Origin: an uncultured Chthonomonadaceae bacterium | GTDB taxonomy: Bacteria > Armatimonadota > Chthonomonadetes > Chthonomonadales > Chthonomonadaceae | Reading direction: 5' to 3' | Assembly: GCA_963817895.1 (NCBI GenBank) | Contig: CAWFQB010000001.1 | Coordinates: 1,440,001-1,504,000 of the forward strand | Length of the DNA stretch: 64,000 nt | Part shown: in pieces, positions 50,153 to 60,362 of the stretch | Layout of the letters: every line of letters starts with the position of its first letter | Numbering within the stretch: position 1 is the first letter of the stretch | Made by a program: the position numbers and the translations under genes | The notes under the pieces: model-generated | What the model was told of the DNA's origin: nothing | Databases searched by the model: none | Seen by the model: the letters and a program-made list of their open reading frames with translations, nothing else

Positions 50153-50887
50153 TTATAGCTGTACCAGGCTGCGCTGGGCGGACAGGAACTCGGCAACGAA
50201 GGGCGTGGCGGGACGGTCGCGCAGGTCTTCCAGTCGGCCCTGCTGCACAATCGCGCCTTCCGAAAGCAGCACCAGATGATCGGCCAGATAGCCCGCTTCA
50301 GCCATGTCGTGCGTAACCAGCACGATGGTCTGCTCACCCGTTTGGAAAATTGTTTTCAGGTCAGTCTGTAGTCCGGCGCGGACAAGCGGATCGAGCGCGC
50401 CCATTGGCTCGTCCAGCAGCAGAACATCGGGTTTGAGCATCAGCGCGCGCATCAGGCTGACGCGCTGCCGCTGTCCGCCCGACAGTTCGGCAGGATAGCG
50501 GTTCAGGCCGTCGAGCGGGAAACGGGTCAGGTCGCACAGTTCGCGGGTACGATTCTGAATTTCAGAGGGGGATTGCTGAAGATGCGTGGCAAGCAGGGCG
50601 ACGTTTTGCCCCGCAGTCAGGTGGGGAAACAAACCGCCATCCTGAATCACATACCCAACGCGACGGCGCAGGGCGATCAAATTTTGCGGCGTGACGGGCG
50701 TGTTCTCTATAATAACCGTGCCTGCCGAGGGTTCAATCAGGCCGATAATCAGGCGCAGCAGGGTGGATTTGCCGCAGCCGCTCGGCCCGATAAGCGCGGT
50801 CACGCGCCTGCTTTCCAAACGCAGGTCGGTTGGCTGCACGGCAAAAGCCTGCCCGTATTTTTTGCTCACGCCTTTAAGTTCAATCAC
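50153..50887 (-). CDS. Osmoprotectant ABC transporter ATP-binding protein
   Basis: GPSGCGKST, GYVIQDGGLFPH, LSGGQRQRV, LLDEP. Confidence 0.95.
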   Translation of the reverse strand: MIELKGVSKKYGQAFAVQPTDLRLESRRVTALIGPSGCGKSTLLRLIIGLIEPSAGTVIIENTPVTPQNLIALRRRVGYVIQDGGLFPHLTAGQNVALLATHLQQSPSEIQNRTRELCDLTRFPLDGLNRYPAELSGGQRQRVSLMRALMLKPDVLLLDEPMGALDPLVRAGLQTDLKTIFQTGEQTIVLVTHDMAEAGYLADHLVLLSEGAIVQQGRLEDLRDRPATPFVAEFLSAQRSLVQL

Positions 50888-50937
50888 CTCACCCCAACCC
50901 CTCTCCTGGCCGCTCGTTCCTCGCTAGGAGAGGGGCT
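50887..50937 (+). repeat. REP-like repeat
   Basis: CCTCACCCC...CCCTCTCCT...AGGAGAGGGGCT; on the minus strand it provides GGGGTGAG and the GTG start of the ABC ATPase. Confidence 0.8.
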
Positions 50938-50960
50938 TTTCATGCTTTAAGGCAAATTAT

Positions 50961-53282
50961 TTACGCGCAAGGGTTGCTGTGCCGGATTGAGACACGGGCG
51001 ATTGCGCCAGCAGGCGTTTGCGATTCTTCGAGCAGAAAACGGGCGTCCATGAACGGCTCGAAGCGTATGTCCTGCCAGCGCGTCATGCCTTTGCCGTCAA
51101 TCAGGAAGGCGCCGTGCAGGGGCATGGACTCGAAATCATCGTACACCCGGAACGCTTTGAACGTTTTCGCGCTTTTGTCTGACAGTAGCGGGAACGGGTA
51201 CTGTTCGTTGAGTTTCTGGCTGGTATACGCCTGTTTCAGAAAGTCGGGCGCGTCCGTGCTGATGGCGACGAGGGAGATGCCCGCCTGCGCGAACTCTTTT
51301 TGCAGGGGCGCGAAGGCGTTGAGCTGTTCGCGGCACTTCACGCAGGCCGTGCCAAGATAGAAAATCACGACAACGGGCTTGCCCTGCCGGGTATAATCGG
51401 CGAGGGATGCTTTGCCGCCCGTCGCGTCAGGCAGGTTAAAGGCGGGGGCGGGCATGGGACTCCAGCGGAACGGGCCAAGCGTGTCCAGCGAGGGGCGCGG
51501 GCCGATGTCGGAAGGGGAGGGCGTGACGATGCGCCAGTCGGAAGCAGTAACGTTCGCGCTCTGCGCAATTCCGCTCAAACCTGCCAGCAGGGGCGTGTCC
51601 AGATCGGCGTGAACGGCGAGGCTTTGCAGGGTTTTGAACTGTTTCAGGGCGTCGTCGCGTTTGCCGTTTGCCGCCAGAACGGTTGCGAATGTGGCAAGGG
51701 GGGCGACCTGATTGGGGTTCTGCTGCGCGGCCTGCTTTGCCAGTTCTTCCGCTTTTGCCGCTTGCCCGCATTGCAGACGCAAGCGGGCCGCCCGCGCGGA
51801 TGGTAGTTGGGTAGCAAGGTCAAGCTGACGACCGGCTTCCGTTCTGTCGCCACCGCCAAGAGCCGCGTACGCCCGAACTTCGGCAAGGCGCGAGGTCAGC
51901 AATTTGGGATCGAAATTGCTGGTGTTCGCTTCCTGTTTAACGGGCTTGCCGTCCCTGTCCTTTTCAGGTTCATGCGCGGCCTGCATTGCCAGAAGCGCGT
52001 CCAGATATTTATGCCCACCCGTTAAATCGTTGGTGGCGAAACCGGCGTCGGCCAGCAACGTCAGGCGTTCCATCTGTTTGTTGGGGTTGTCCGTCGCTTC
52101 GATATAGCCCTGTTTGTCCAATTGCAGCGCGTCGTTCCACAGGTCGTAACAGAACAGGGTTTCTATCAGGCGATTCCGGCCCTGCGCCGCGCTGCCGTTT
52201 TCCAGCGTGTTGAAGCGGGGATGGCGGGGCAGTTCGATCATGTTTTTCGCCAGATCGAGCGCGTCGTGGACCCGGCCCAGATACTCCAGATTCTCCACAA
52301 GCCACTGGTTGTTGTGCGCGTAGTTGTGGATTTCGTCCGGCAAAACATGGTCGCGCATCATATAGGCGTGATCCACGCGCGCGGACGCCTCCTGCGAGTA
52401 CGCGGCATCCGCGTAACGCTTTAGTCCCGTGTACGTATGCCCCTGCATGTGCCACAGGTGCGCGATTCCCGGCCCGGACACGCCGCACTGCGCGGCGGCA
52501 TTGAGCGCGTTCTGCTCCGTCCCCTCCTGATCCCACAGATGGATGCGATAATGGTGCAGGGGGTGCTGCGGATTGGCGGCGAGAACCTGTTTCATCAGCG
52601 CGTCAATCTGTTCCCGGCTCCGTTTCGGGTCGAGATACTGATTGGTCAGATACTCGTGGGCGAGGAACGCTTTGGCTTCGATGTCGTCCGGGTAGCGGCT
52701 GACGATGTTCTGCCACGCCGCTATCAGCGCGAGTTTGCGGGTTTTATTCCAATCGCTGCCCTTGTGGGCGGCGTTGATGTAGGCGGCAAGCGAGCGTATC
52801 CACAGCAGTTCGCGTTCTCCGGCGCGGGCTTCGCGTTCGACGGATTTGGCAATGAACTGTTTGGATTTATCCGCGTTGTCAATGTATGCGAGGGCGAGTC
52901 CCCAGTAGCCCATCGGGTTGGCGGGATCGAGTTCCACCACTTTGCGGAACGAGCGGGCGGCTTCCAGATACCAGTAGCCGTGCATCTGCCCGATGCCCTG
53001 ATTGAAAAACTTTTGCGTGTCGCGAACTTTCGTGGTGATGGGGAAATCTACCCTCGGCATCCCTTTCATCAGATACGCGCGCTGTCGCGGCACATCGTTG
53101 AAGGCGTCGCCAAGCATGGAGTGTCCGAAGGCGGCTTTCCGGTCGGTGGGAGTGGTATCCTGCGTTTGGGCGGCAGGCGCAGGTTCCTGCGCGCGGGCGA
53201 GTGATACCAGCCCGACCGTCAGGTTCAGCGCGAGACCGGCAAGCAGCAGCGTTTGTGGACAACGTTGAAAGCGGGTAGGCAT
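50961..53282 (-). CDS. Secreted TPR-like protein with a C-terminal AhpC/TSA (redoxin) domain
   Basis: Signal peptide, HHYRIHLWD, AHLWHMQGH, HNYAHN; APAFNLPD...FYLGTACVKCREQ. Confidence 0.85.
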   Translation of the reverse strand: MPTRFQRCPQTLLLAGLALNLTVGLVSLARAQEPAPAAQTQDTTPTDRKAAFGHSMLGDAFNDVPRQRAYLMKGMPRVDFPITTKVRDTQKFFNQGIGQMHGYWYLEAARSFRKVVELDPANPMGYWGLALAYIDNADKSKQFIAKSVEREARAGERELLWIRSLAAYINAAHKGSDWNKTRKLALIAAWQNIVSRYPDDIEAKAFLAHEYLTNQYLDPKRSREQIDALMKQVLAANPQHPLHHYRIHLWDQEGTEQNALNAAAQCGVSGPGIAHLWHMQGHTYTGLKRYADAAYSQEASARVDHAYMMRDHVLPDEIHNYAHNNQWLVENLEYLGRVHDALDLAKNMIELPRHPRFNTLENGSAAQGRNRLIETLFCYDLWNDALQLDKQGYIEATDNPNKQMERLTLLADAGFATNDLTGGHKYLDALLAMQAAHEPEKDRDGKPVKQEANTSNFDPKLLTSRLAEVRAYAALGGGDRTEAGRQLDLATQLPSARAARLRLQCGQAAKAEELAKQAAQQNPNQVAPLATFATVLAANGKRDDALKQFKTLQSLAVHADLDTPLLAGLSGIAQSANVTASDWRIVTPSPSDIGPRPSLDTLGPFRWSPMPAPAFNLPDATGGKASLADYTRQGKPVVVIFYLGTACVKCREQLNAFAPLQKEFAQAGISLVAISTDAPDFLKQAYTSQKLNEQYPFPLLSDKSAKTFKAFRVYDDFESMPLHGAFLIDGKGMTRWQDIRFEPFMDARFLLEESQTPAGAIARVSIRHSNPCA

Positions 53283-53424
53283 GAGAACATTCCTTCACGA
53301 AAGAAGCGCCAAATGGGTTACTGACGAGCCGTAAAGCAACAACGAACAGCGTTAGCGCGTACAGGCAGGATAACAGAATACTGCCGTTTTTGTCAAGCCG
53401 AATATCAGGAATCAGTCATCCTTT

Positions 53425-54712
53425 ATGGACATAGAGCAACTTCATTTTTTAACTTCGGAAGCGGGAGAACAGGCAGTGGCGAAAGCCATGCTGCTGCCTC
53501 CCGACCGCCTGACGCGCCTGACGCGCCTGCGCCGGGAACACGCGCCCCCTCTTGCCGCAGGAATCGTGGAACTGCTGGAACTGCGGCAACGGGCGCGCGT
53601 TAAATTTGCTCATGCGGATCGCATGTTTTTCACGCCCGAAGGTCTGGAACAATCTACGGGCGAAACCATTGCCCGGTATCGCGCAGGCCGATTTCCCGCC
53701 GGTGTCGCCGTTCTGGACGCCTGCTGCGGAATCGGCGGTGACGCGCTGGCCCTTGTCCGCCGCGCCCCCGTACTGGCTGTAGACAGCAATCCCGTTGCCG
53801 CCGCTTGCGCTCTTGCCAATGCCCGCGTTCTGTCCGAGTTAAAACCAGACGCGGAATTCAATGCAGAACGCGCGCCTGCTCCTGCTATCTATACGCTATG
53901 CGCCGATGTGACGACGCTTGATCTTGCCCGACTGCGTGACCGGGGAATTGGCGCGGCGTTTTTTGATCCGTCCCGACGCATGGATACGCGGGAGGGCCGT
54001 AAACGCGCCCGCAATTCCGAAGATTACCTGCCGCCCCTGTCATGGCTGAACGCGCTCCAGTCGCATTTCTCGTTTGTCGGCGTGAAAGTGTCCCCGGCTA
54101 TTGATGACGCTACCCTGCTGCAATTTACAAATCACGGCGCAATGGTGGAGTTCATCGCGGAGGGAAACGAGTGCAAGGAGGCGGTTTTATGGTGTGGCAG
54201 CGCGGCGGATGCTTTACGAATTTCGGATACGCCTGCATCCGCCGAACCGTACTGCGCAACGATTGTCGGCAAGGATGGAACAGCCAGCACGCTGCGCCAG
54301 CAAACTGTGGATGTCGCGCCGCTTTCTGATCCCCTCAACTGGCTGTTCGAGCCGAACCCCGCCGCAATCCGAGCGCATCTCACGCCGCAAATCGCTTTAG
54401 AGATAAGTGGCGCGCAAATGGACAGGGATATTGCTTATCTGACCGCCGAAGATTACCACGCCACGCCTTTCGTCACCGCTTACCGTATATCTGGATTGGA
54501 TGCCGTTCCACGCCAAAAACCTGCAAGCCTGGCTGCGAACCCACAATCGGCGCGTGGAAGTGGTCAAAAAGCGCGGCGTGGATTTGGAACCGGACGATGT
54601 ACGCAAAAAACTCGCTTCATCCGCTCTTGCCGACAATCCGCCCCTCGTTCTCGTCCTGATGCGCCGGAAAGAGCAGACTCTTACTATTCTGTGCGACATG
54701 CCTGCGTTGTGA
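53425..54712 (+). CDS. Class I SAM-dependent methyltransferase with a THUMP-like C-terminal domain (frameshift near 54490)
   Basis: LEQST, DACCGIGGD, DPSRR, KVSPAI, EPNPAAIRA; tail VEVVKKRGVD in frame 54500-54712. Confidence 0.85.
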
Positions 54713-55390
54713 CAACTCCCCATGCGTAAACGCAGGGGCTTCTATGCAGGTATACCTACAACGGTATGTTGCCCCATACCGATTTTGAGGATATTCAAGG
54801 CTGCGTTGGTATCTCTATCCAGCCTTAATCCACAATTCGGGCAGAAGTGAACCCGTTCTTTGAGGGCTTTGGGGACACGCGCACCACACCCGGAACAATC
54901 CTGACTTGTACAGGCCGGGTTGACTTCCGCAAACTTACGACCGGCGCTTTCAGCCTTGTACATAAGCGCGTTGCGGAACAGGAACCAGCCTGCTTCTAAG
55001 ATGCTTTTGTTCAAACCTGACTTCCGGCTTGCGCCATTGGGCAGATACTCTTGTGTTTGCGCGTCCTGTTTTGGTTTAGGACGCTTGACCATGTTTTCTA
55101 CTTGCAATTTCTCAACGGCAATCAGACCGTACTGATTTACGATCTTGCGGCTCTCCTGATGGATGAAGTTATGCCTGCGGTTCCTGATGCGCTCGTGGAT
55201 ACAGCGTACAACTTTCCGCGCCTTACGCTGTTGAGGGGAACCCTTCTGATGCTTCTCGACCTTGCGCTGCGCTTTTGCCAGAGCCTTATGATGCCTACAT
55301 GTTCAACGCGAGAGTTACCGAACCCGCTTCGCGTGTTGCGATTTTGTATCCCATATGCCTGAAGGCGAGGGTCTTAAAATCGCGTTTCTG
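54709..55390 (-). mobile_element. Non-autonomous, internally deleted IS200/IS605-family (tnpB) element
   Basis: Right end GAAGCCCCTGCGTTTACGCATGGGGAGTTGTCAC; left end CAGAAACGCG...AAGACCCTCGCCTTCAGGC after TTAT; removing the element restores GCG TTA TAA. Confidence 0.8.
54742..55290 (-). pseudogene. tnpB: TnpB C-terminal fragment
   Basis: IAVEKL, GLNKSILEAGW, TSQDCSGCG, CPNCG...DRDTNAALNI; N-terminal half including RuvC-I absent. Confidence 0.9.
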
Positions 55391-55397
55391 ATAATTA

Positions 55398-56426
55398 GGG
55401 CCTTGTGCTAGTTAGGGAAGGCCAGTGCCTTGATCTGCAAGAACTCTGCCTTGCCGAGCAAGCGGTTTAGATAGATGCACACGGTATGGGCGGTCAACTT
55501 GGCGTACAAGCGGGTACACAAGCCCCAAAAACTATGCGCATGATTGGTTTCGACGTTGAACTGTTGCGTGAGTTGCCCATTGACCGTCTCGATTATCTGC
55601 CGCAAACGGTTGAAGCGGTACTTGGTTTCGCGACTAACCTGTTGTTTCTGGTTGGAACGCGGCAGGGTTAGCAGACGGACATTGCGTTGGGCACACTGTT
55701 CCTTCGCTTCCTGACTGATGTAGCCTTTGTCGCCCATGACCAGCAAATTCGCGTGGGCCGACAGGATTTCCTGCCCCACGCTCAGGTCGGTTTCGTTGGC
55801 AGGGGCGAGTTCAAAGTCCAGAATAGTTCCGTTGACAGCTAACAACAAGTGCAGTTTGTAGCCGAAGATTGTCCACTTCTTGGAACTGACTTTGCCGAAG
55901 GTCGCGCCGTGTTCTTTCCAGCCGCTGCCCGCCTGCGGAGCCAGATGAAAGCCGACAACGGGAACCGGCAGGCTGTCAAGCAAGCATTGTCCATCTTGGG
56001 CTAAGTCCAACAAGCCAAGTACACCTTGACGGATCAGGTTCATCGCCTGACACAGGGTACGGCGGCGACGATTGAAGCGCGAACGCTCGGGCAAATGCGG
56101 GAATAAGTGGCGGTACATCCGCCATTCCTGCATCATCTCCGTTTCTTTGTCCCACCCCCGGCACTCGCCCACAAGGGCGAGCGTGAGCAATTCGGCATCA
56201 CTGCACTCGGATTGGGGGCCGGGATGGGTGAACTGACTGCCGATTTCTTGCCAGATACTGTCAATCACATAGTAGACCCACAAGCAGAAGTCGTCAAAAT
56301 GCGTTATCATGGAAGTGCCTTTCGTTACGCGCGGAGTTTGTGTGATGATAAACTCTTGTACGTAACGAAGGCACAAACTGAACAAAGGACAGGCCACACA
56401 ATGACGTGCTAACTAGCACAAGGCCC
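55398..56426 (-). mobile_element. IS982-family insertion sequence, apparently intact
   Basis: Perfect 18-bp TIRs GGGCCTTGTGCTAGTTAG; 5-bp target duplication AATTA (55393-55397 and 56427-56431). Confidence 0.93.
55408..56310 (-). CDS. IS982-family transposase
   Basis: SDAELLT, PERSRFNRR, LDSLPVPV, FGYKLHL, GDKGY, RQIIETVNGQL. Confidence 0.93.
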   Translation of the reverse strand: MITHFDDFCLWVYYVIDSIWQEIGSQFTHPGPQSECSDAELLTLALVGECRGWDKETEMMQEWRMYRHLFPHLPERSRFNRRRRTLCQAMNLIRQGVLGLLDLAQDGQCLLDSLPVPVVGFHLAPQAGSGWKEHGATFGKVSSKKWTIFGYKLHLLLAVNGTILDFELAPANETDLSVGQEILSAHANLLVMGDKGYISQEAKEQCAQRNVRLLTLPRSNQKQQVSRETKYRFNRLRQIIETVNGQLTQQFNVETNHAHSFWGLCTRLYAKLTAHTVCIYLNRLLGKAEFLQIKALAFPN

Positions 56427-56428
56427 AA

Positions 56429-56755
56429 TTAGGATTTTCGCTTGACGGTTGATCTGCGCCGCGTCTTTCCCGGCACTACCTTTGCTTTACAGGCGTGGCC
56501 GTCTCGACACTTTGCCCCGCACTCTGGCCGCTCCGACTTCGGCAACTGCCACACGCCCCGCAAACCGTCAGGCCGCGCCCGGTGACTGCCCCATTCTATC
56601 AGCAGGGCGTTGCGTATGTCCTCGATCCGGCGCTGGCGCTTACGTTCCCGAACCGCCTGCCGTTCGGCGTATCGGGAGATCGTCCGGCCTTCTCTCTCGT
56701 GTTGCTTATGGAAACGGAAGCGGATCGCTGCGTGTTGCTCAAAAATCGTTGCCAT
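56429..56755 (-). CDS. Basic protein with the N-part of an HGGxSTG-type zinc motif, apparently truncated
   Basis: CGAKCRDGHACKAKVVPGKTR, ending before the expected C-x2-HGG; stop codon lies in the IS target duplication. Confidence 0.5.
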   Translation of the reverse strand: MATIFEQHAAIRFRFHKQHEREGRTISRYAERQAVRERKRQRRIEDIRNALLIEWGSHRARPDGLRGVWQLPKSERPECGAKCRDGHACKAKVVPGKTRRRSTVKRKS

Positions 56756-57225
56756 TTTGCCCCATTTGTGCCGAAAATTGCAGAGTTTTGCCCGGTTTCA
56801 GGGCTGTTTTGGGCATTTATTTCCATACCCCATATTGCGGGCGCACCCGCGCGTTTTTGCGGCGAAGACTTCCCCTTACTTACATTCAGGAGTGTTTTCG
56901 CCTGTGTCCGCATGATATTCCCATGAAATTAAAATAATGCGGATCGGCCCAGAACAGGCTCAGGTTCGTTTCCGGTCTGACGGCGGCTCTATGCAGTTAG
57001 GCATGTAGTTATACATGGAACGTAATCTGTCAGGCGGGCGTTTCCACACCACGTTCTTCTTTCCACCCCGCCCCCTTGTCAGGTTTGCTCCGCAAGGTTG
57101 CCGGTTCTTTGTGCAACTCGTGTTTTCCACAGCGAGTTCTTTCCATTTTGCGGCCTATAACTTGGGCACGGCACATACAAGTGCTGAACATTTCTCGTTC
57201 TTACTTTCCTCACAAGGAGTTCCTT

Positions 57226-57903
57226 ATGCGCTCTGGCAAACTCGTTTTCGGCATCGCCCTCGCTCTGGTTGCAGTAAACGCCCGCTCGTCTCAGGCTCAG
57301 GTGACAATTACGGTTGCGCCCACCGGCAGCATCGGCAGCTTCGGAACCCCCGCCTCAGGTTCGACGCCCACCTACGGCGAAGTGCTGACCGACCCGGCAG
57401 GCAATCCCTATCTGCAATCCATCACCTACAATATTGATAACCCCAACGCTGCGGTCATTCCGTTTCAGGCGTACGTCTACAACTGGAACGGCTCTTCCAT
57501 CACCGGCTCCGCGCTGTATACGTCCGCCCCCCTGTCCATTGCGCCGAGCGGCAACCTCTTTCTTCCCGTTTCTGTGACCGGGATCAATACCGCCCTGACA
57601 CCGGGCAGTCAGTATTTGGTCTTCTTTTCCACCCTCGGCTTTGCAGGCAACATCGGCGGAGCGCGTTATCAAACCGCTCCTGACTCCGCGTATACAGGCG
57701 GAACGTTCGCGTTTAGCAACGCCGCAACGTTCGCCACCCTTCCGAATTCGTTTACGTCTGGTGTATTCGGTGATCTGGCATTCACAGCAACGTTCACACC
57801 CACATCTACTGCCGTTCCCGAACCCGGCTCCGTCGCCCTGCTCACCGGCCTGAGCCTCACCGGAGCCGCCCTCCTGCGGCGCCGTCGCAAAACACGCGCG
57901 TAA
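57226..57903 (+). CDS. PEP-CTERM sorting-domain surface protein
   Basis: Signal peptide; VPEPGSVALL + TM + RRRRK; RBS AAGGAG. Confidence 0.93.
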   Translation: MRSGKLVFGIALALVAVNARSSQAQVTITVAPTGSIGSFGTPASGSTPTYGEVLTDPAGNPYLQSITYNIDNPNAAVIPFQAYVYNWNGSSITGSALYTSAPLSIAPSGNLFLPVSVTGINTALTPGSQYLVFFSTLGFAGNIGGARYQTAPDSAYTGGTFAFSNAATFATLPNSFTSGVFGDLAFTATFTPTSTAVPEPGSVALLTGLSLTGAALLRRRRKTRA

Positions 57904-57999
57904 TCGCGTCAGGCGACACGCGCAGGGCGGTTACGCCTCAACATCAGCCACAATCCTAACGATGCGAATTGTGGCTGATGTTGCTTTATTCTTTGCGTT

Positions 58000-59445
58000 C
58001 TAAAAGCAACGCCCTTTTTGACGCAGTTCCGCTTTCGCCTGTTTTTGCGCCGCTTCGATTTCGGCCCAGGGACATTCCCAATGCACAATGCGGTAGCGCC
58101 CGGCATGTTTGCGCAGGAAGAACTCCGCTTCGCCCGCCCAACCCTCGGTTCCTTCCTCCCAGGCTACCTGTAGGTTAACATTCACGCGCAGCAATTTGCG
58201 TTTTTCCACGATCCAATCCCTTCTATCCGAACTGGAACGAACCGGCAGATAGTTTTGCGTATTGGCGGAGGTTACCTGAGAAGTCCATGCGCTCCATAGT
58301 CCGGCCTGCTGTTCCACGCCCTGTTTCCAATCCAGTTCCTGCGGCAGGTGCATTTGAAAATCGAACTTCCATGCCGAACTGAAGGCGCGAACATCGGCCT
58401 GACGCCAGCCTGAATCGGAACGCGCAATGACATCTTGAATGCCCTGACGCTCCTGACTGGAAAGCGCGTCCCACATTTCCGGCGGAGCAGGTATGTCCTC
58501 CCGCATCCGAAGCGGCTTATCGGGCGGCATCTCGAATGTGCCAGCCGGGGCGGGCTGATTGAACGTATAGCGGTCACGGACTTGGAGGCTTGCCAGGCTG
58601 CCTATCAGCAGATTGGTTTCTCGTCGTTCCTGACGCGAAATCCGGCCCGTTTCCGGCTCCGTCCAGATTGTGCGCGTCACCTGAAATTTGGTGGAAATCG
58701 TTTCACGCTGCCAGCGCAGAAGCCGCTGCCCGTCTTGCTCGATCTCTTGCATCCGCCACGTTTTTAATTCTGCTGCCCGCTCTTCCGCGTCCTCTTTGGC
58801 TGAGAAATGCGGAAACAAGGCCTTACTCAGCAAACCGTCAGTGGTGTAAGGATCGGACATGGGAGCAAGCACGCTGTGATTCCTGTCTGAACTTGTATAT
58901 AAATGTCCGCGCGCATCCATTACACTGTGTGTCCAGGAATTATCACACTCGTTGCGATGAGCAAGCGCGGGAGGGTTCAAACTCATCCAATACTGCGTAG
59001 ATTGGGGCTTTACTTCCATATCCCCGCCATATATTGTATCCGTTCGTACCCAGGCTGCGGACGAAATCGCCTGCGCGTCACTGAGGTACGGTTCTCTCGC
59101 GGGCGCGGTTTCGAGAAGTATCTCCGAATCTTCCGGCGCAGGGGCTTGCTGCGGGCTGTCGCGGTTCGGAGAAGCGGCCTGATGCGCGGCCTGTATTTGC
59201 GCGATGTGTTGTTTCAGGCGAGGCCAACTGGCGAAGCCGTATTCCCGCGCGACAATCAACTGCGCGTCGGACAGGCAAAATGCAGACGGGGCAGACGTAA
59301 TCCGGGCGGGAGGGAACGCTGAAGAATAAATATTGGCGCGGGCAACTGAAGCGGGATTGTTGGCGCGTAATTCGGCAAGCAGGTTTTTGGCCTGCTTCCT
59401 GATATGTTCCCAGTGGGGCAGGGCAGGCAGCGAACGCGAGGGCAT
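58000..59445 (-). CDS. Hypothetical protein with the conserved N-terminal domain (LP...RKQAK...LSDAQ...AREYGFASW) usually found on ankyrin-repeat proteins
   Basis: RBS AAGGAGG before ATG 59445; C-terminal part unrecognised. Confidence 0.8.
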   Translation of the reverse strand: MPSRSLPALPHWEHIRKQAKNLLAELRANNPASVARANIYSSAFPPARITSAPSAFCLSDAQLIVAREYGFASWPRLKQHIAQIQAAHQAASPNRDSPQQAPAPEDSEILLETAPAREPYLSDAQAISSAAWVRTDTIYGGDMEVKPQSTQYWMSLNPPALAHRNECDNSWTHSVMDARGHLYTSSDRNHSVLAPMSDPYTTDGLLSKALFPHFSAKEDAEERAAELKTWRMQEIEQDGQRLLRWQRETISTKFQVTRTIWTEPETGRISRQERRETNLLIGSLASLQVRDRYTFNQPAPAGTFEMPPDKPLRMREDIPAPPEMWDALSSQERQGIQDVIARSDSGWRQADVRAFSSAWKFDFQMHLPQELDWKQGVEQQAGLWSAWTSQVTSANTQNYLPVRSSSDRRDWIVEKRKLLRVNVNLQVAWEEGTEGWAGEAEFFLRKHAGRYRIVHWECPWAEIEAAQKQAKAELRQKGRCF

Positions 59446-59576
59446 GACAGACCTCCTTCTGTAAAAGCCTGATGTCCACGCGCGCAGGCAGAAAGAGGGT
59501 GACGATAATTCTAATCTAAAACCAGTTGGGTTCGACCCTTCCCGTGGACAGGGCGCGGCTGGAACGCGCTGGCAAC

Positions 59577-59605
59577 AGTATAGCAAATCCACGCGGGCGC
59601 GTCAA
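59577..59605 (-). promoter_or_regulatory. Sigma70-type promoter
   Basis: TTGACG-N17-TATACT with an extended TG on the minus strand. Confidence 0.7.
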
Positions 59606-59633
59606 GAAGAATTTTCCTGAATGATTTAAGAAT

Positions 59634-59699
59634 AGCCCCTCTCCCAAGCTTTTTTGGGAGAGGGGTGTCCTTCCCTACGGGTGGACGCCCGGGGTGAGG
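59634..59699 (-). repeat. REP-like repeat, long form
   Basis: Reverse complement CCTCACCCCGGGCGTCCA...GGACACCCCTCTCCC...GGGAGAGGGGCT. Confidence 0.8.
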
Positions 59700-59705
59700 G
59701 CATAG

Positions 59706-60362
59706 TTACCCGCTGCGGATAGTGCGCGAGAGTTGCAGAGCGGGAAACAGAAACAGAAACGTGTGCAGGACGGCATCTATATCCGTCGTCAGGGTCACGG
59801 TCTGAACCAGCGCTCCCGTATCCACGGAAAGCGTCAGAACTTCCCACACATGGTCGCGCTCCGCCGGGGTGGGACGCAGGTAGTGACGGTCGCAAGTTCC
59901 CACAATTTGCTCGGACGCATCGGTAAAGGTGTGAACCACTTCGGTCGGCTCGCTTTGCGGCTCGTTTTCCGGGCGAACCGGGCGACGCGCTTTGCCGATT
60001 ACCGCGCCACCCGGCAATTCAAAGTCCGCGCCCCAATTCGCGTCGTACAGCGTTCCGAACAGCGTTCCATCAGGATGATGTATCTGCGCTTTCGCTTCCC
60101 GCTTTGTGCCGCCCCAGTAGGAAGTGGTCGTCAGCAGAAGATTGCCGTCCGCGTCTTTCAACTCCCCGTGCAGGTGGCTGTCGGCATTGAACAGGTGGAA
60201 CAATCCTGTTTTCTTGTAAACCTTCGCGAACCGCGCAAAAACGACGCCCTGCTTGTCCCGGTACTCAATATGCAGGTTACGTATATCTATGTTTTCTTGC
60301 ATCCGCGTTGCCACGCAACTGCGGCATTGTAAAAAAGGCGAACTCATTACAAGTGTTTCCAT
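59706..60362 (-). CDS. Hypothetical protein (scramblase/LURP-like beta-rich; start uncertain)
   Basis: Repeated D-x-x-G-x-x-hydrophobic-G units and a C-terminal hydrophobic helix. Confidence 0.6.
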   Translation of the reverse strand: METLVMSSPFLQCRSCVATRMQENIDIRNLHIEYRDKQGVVFARFAKVYKKTGLFHLFNADSHLHGELKDADGNLLLTTTSYWGGTKREAKAQIHHPDGTLFGTLYDANWGADFELPGGAVIGKARRPVRPENEPQSEPTEVVHTFTDASEQIVGTCDRHYLRPTPAERDHVWEVLTLSVDTGALVQTVTLTTDIDAVLHTFLFLFPALQLSRTIRSG

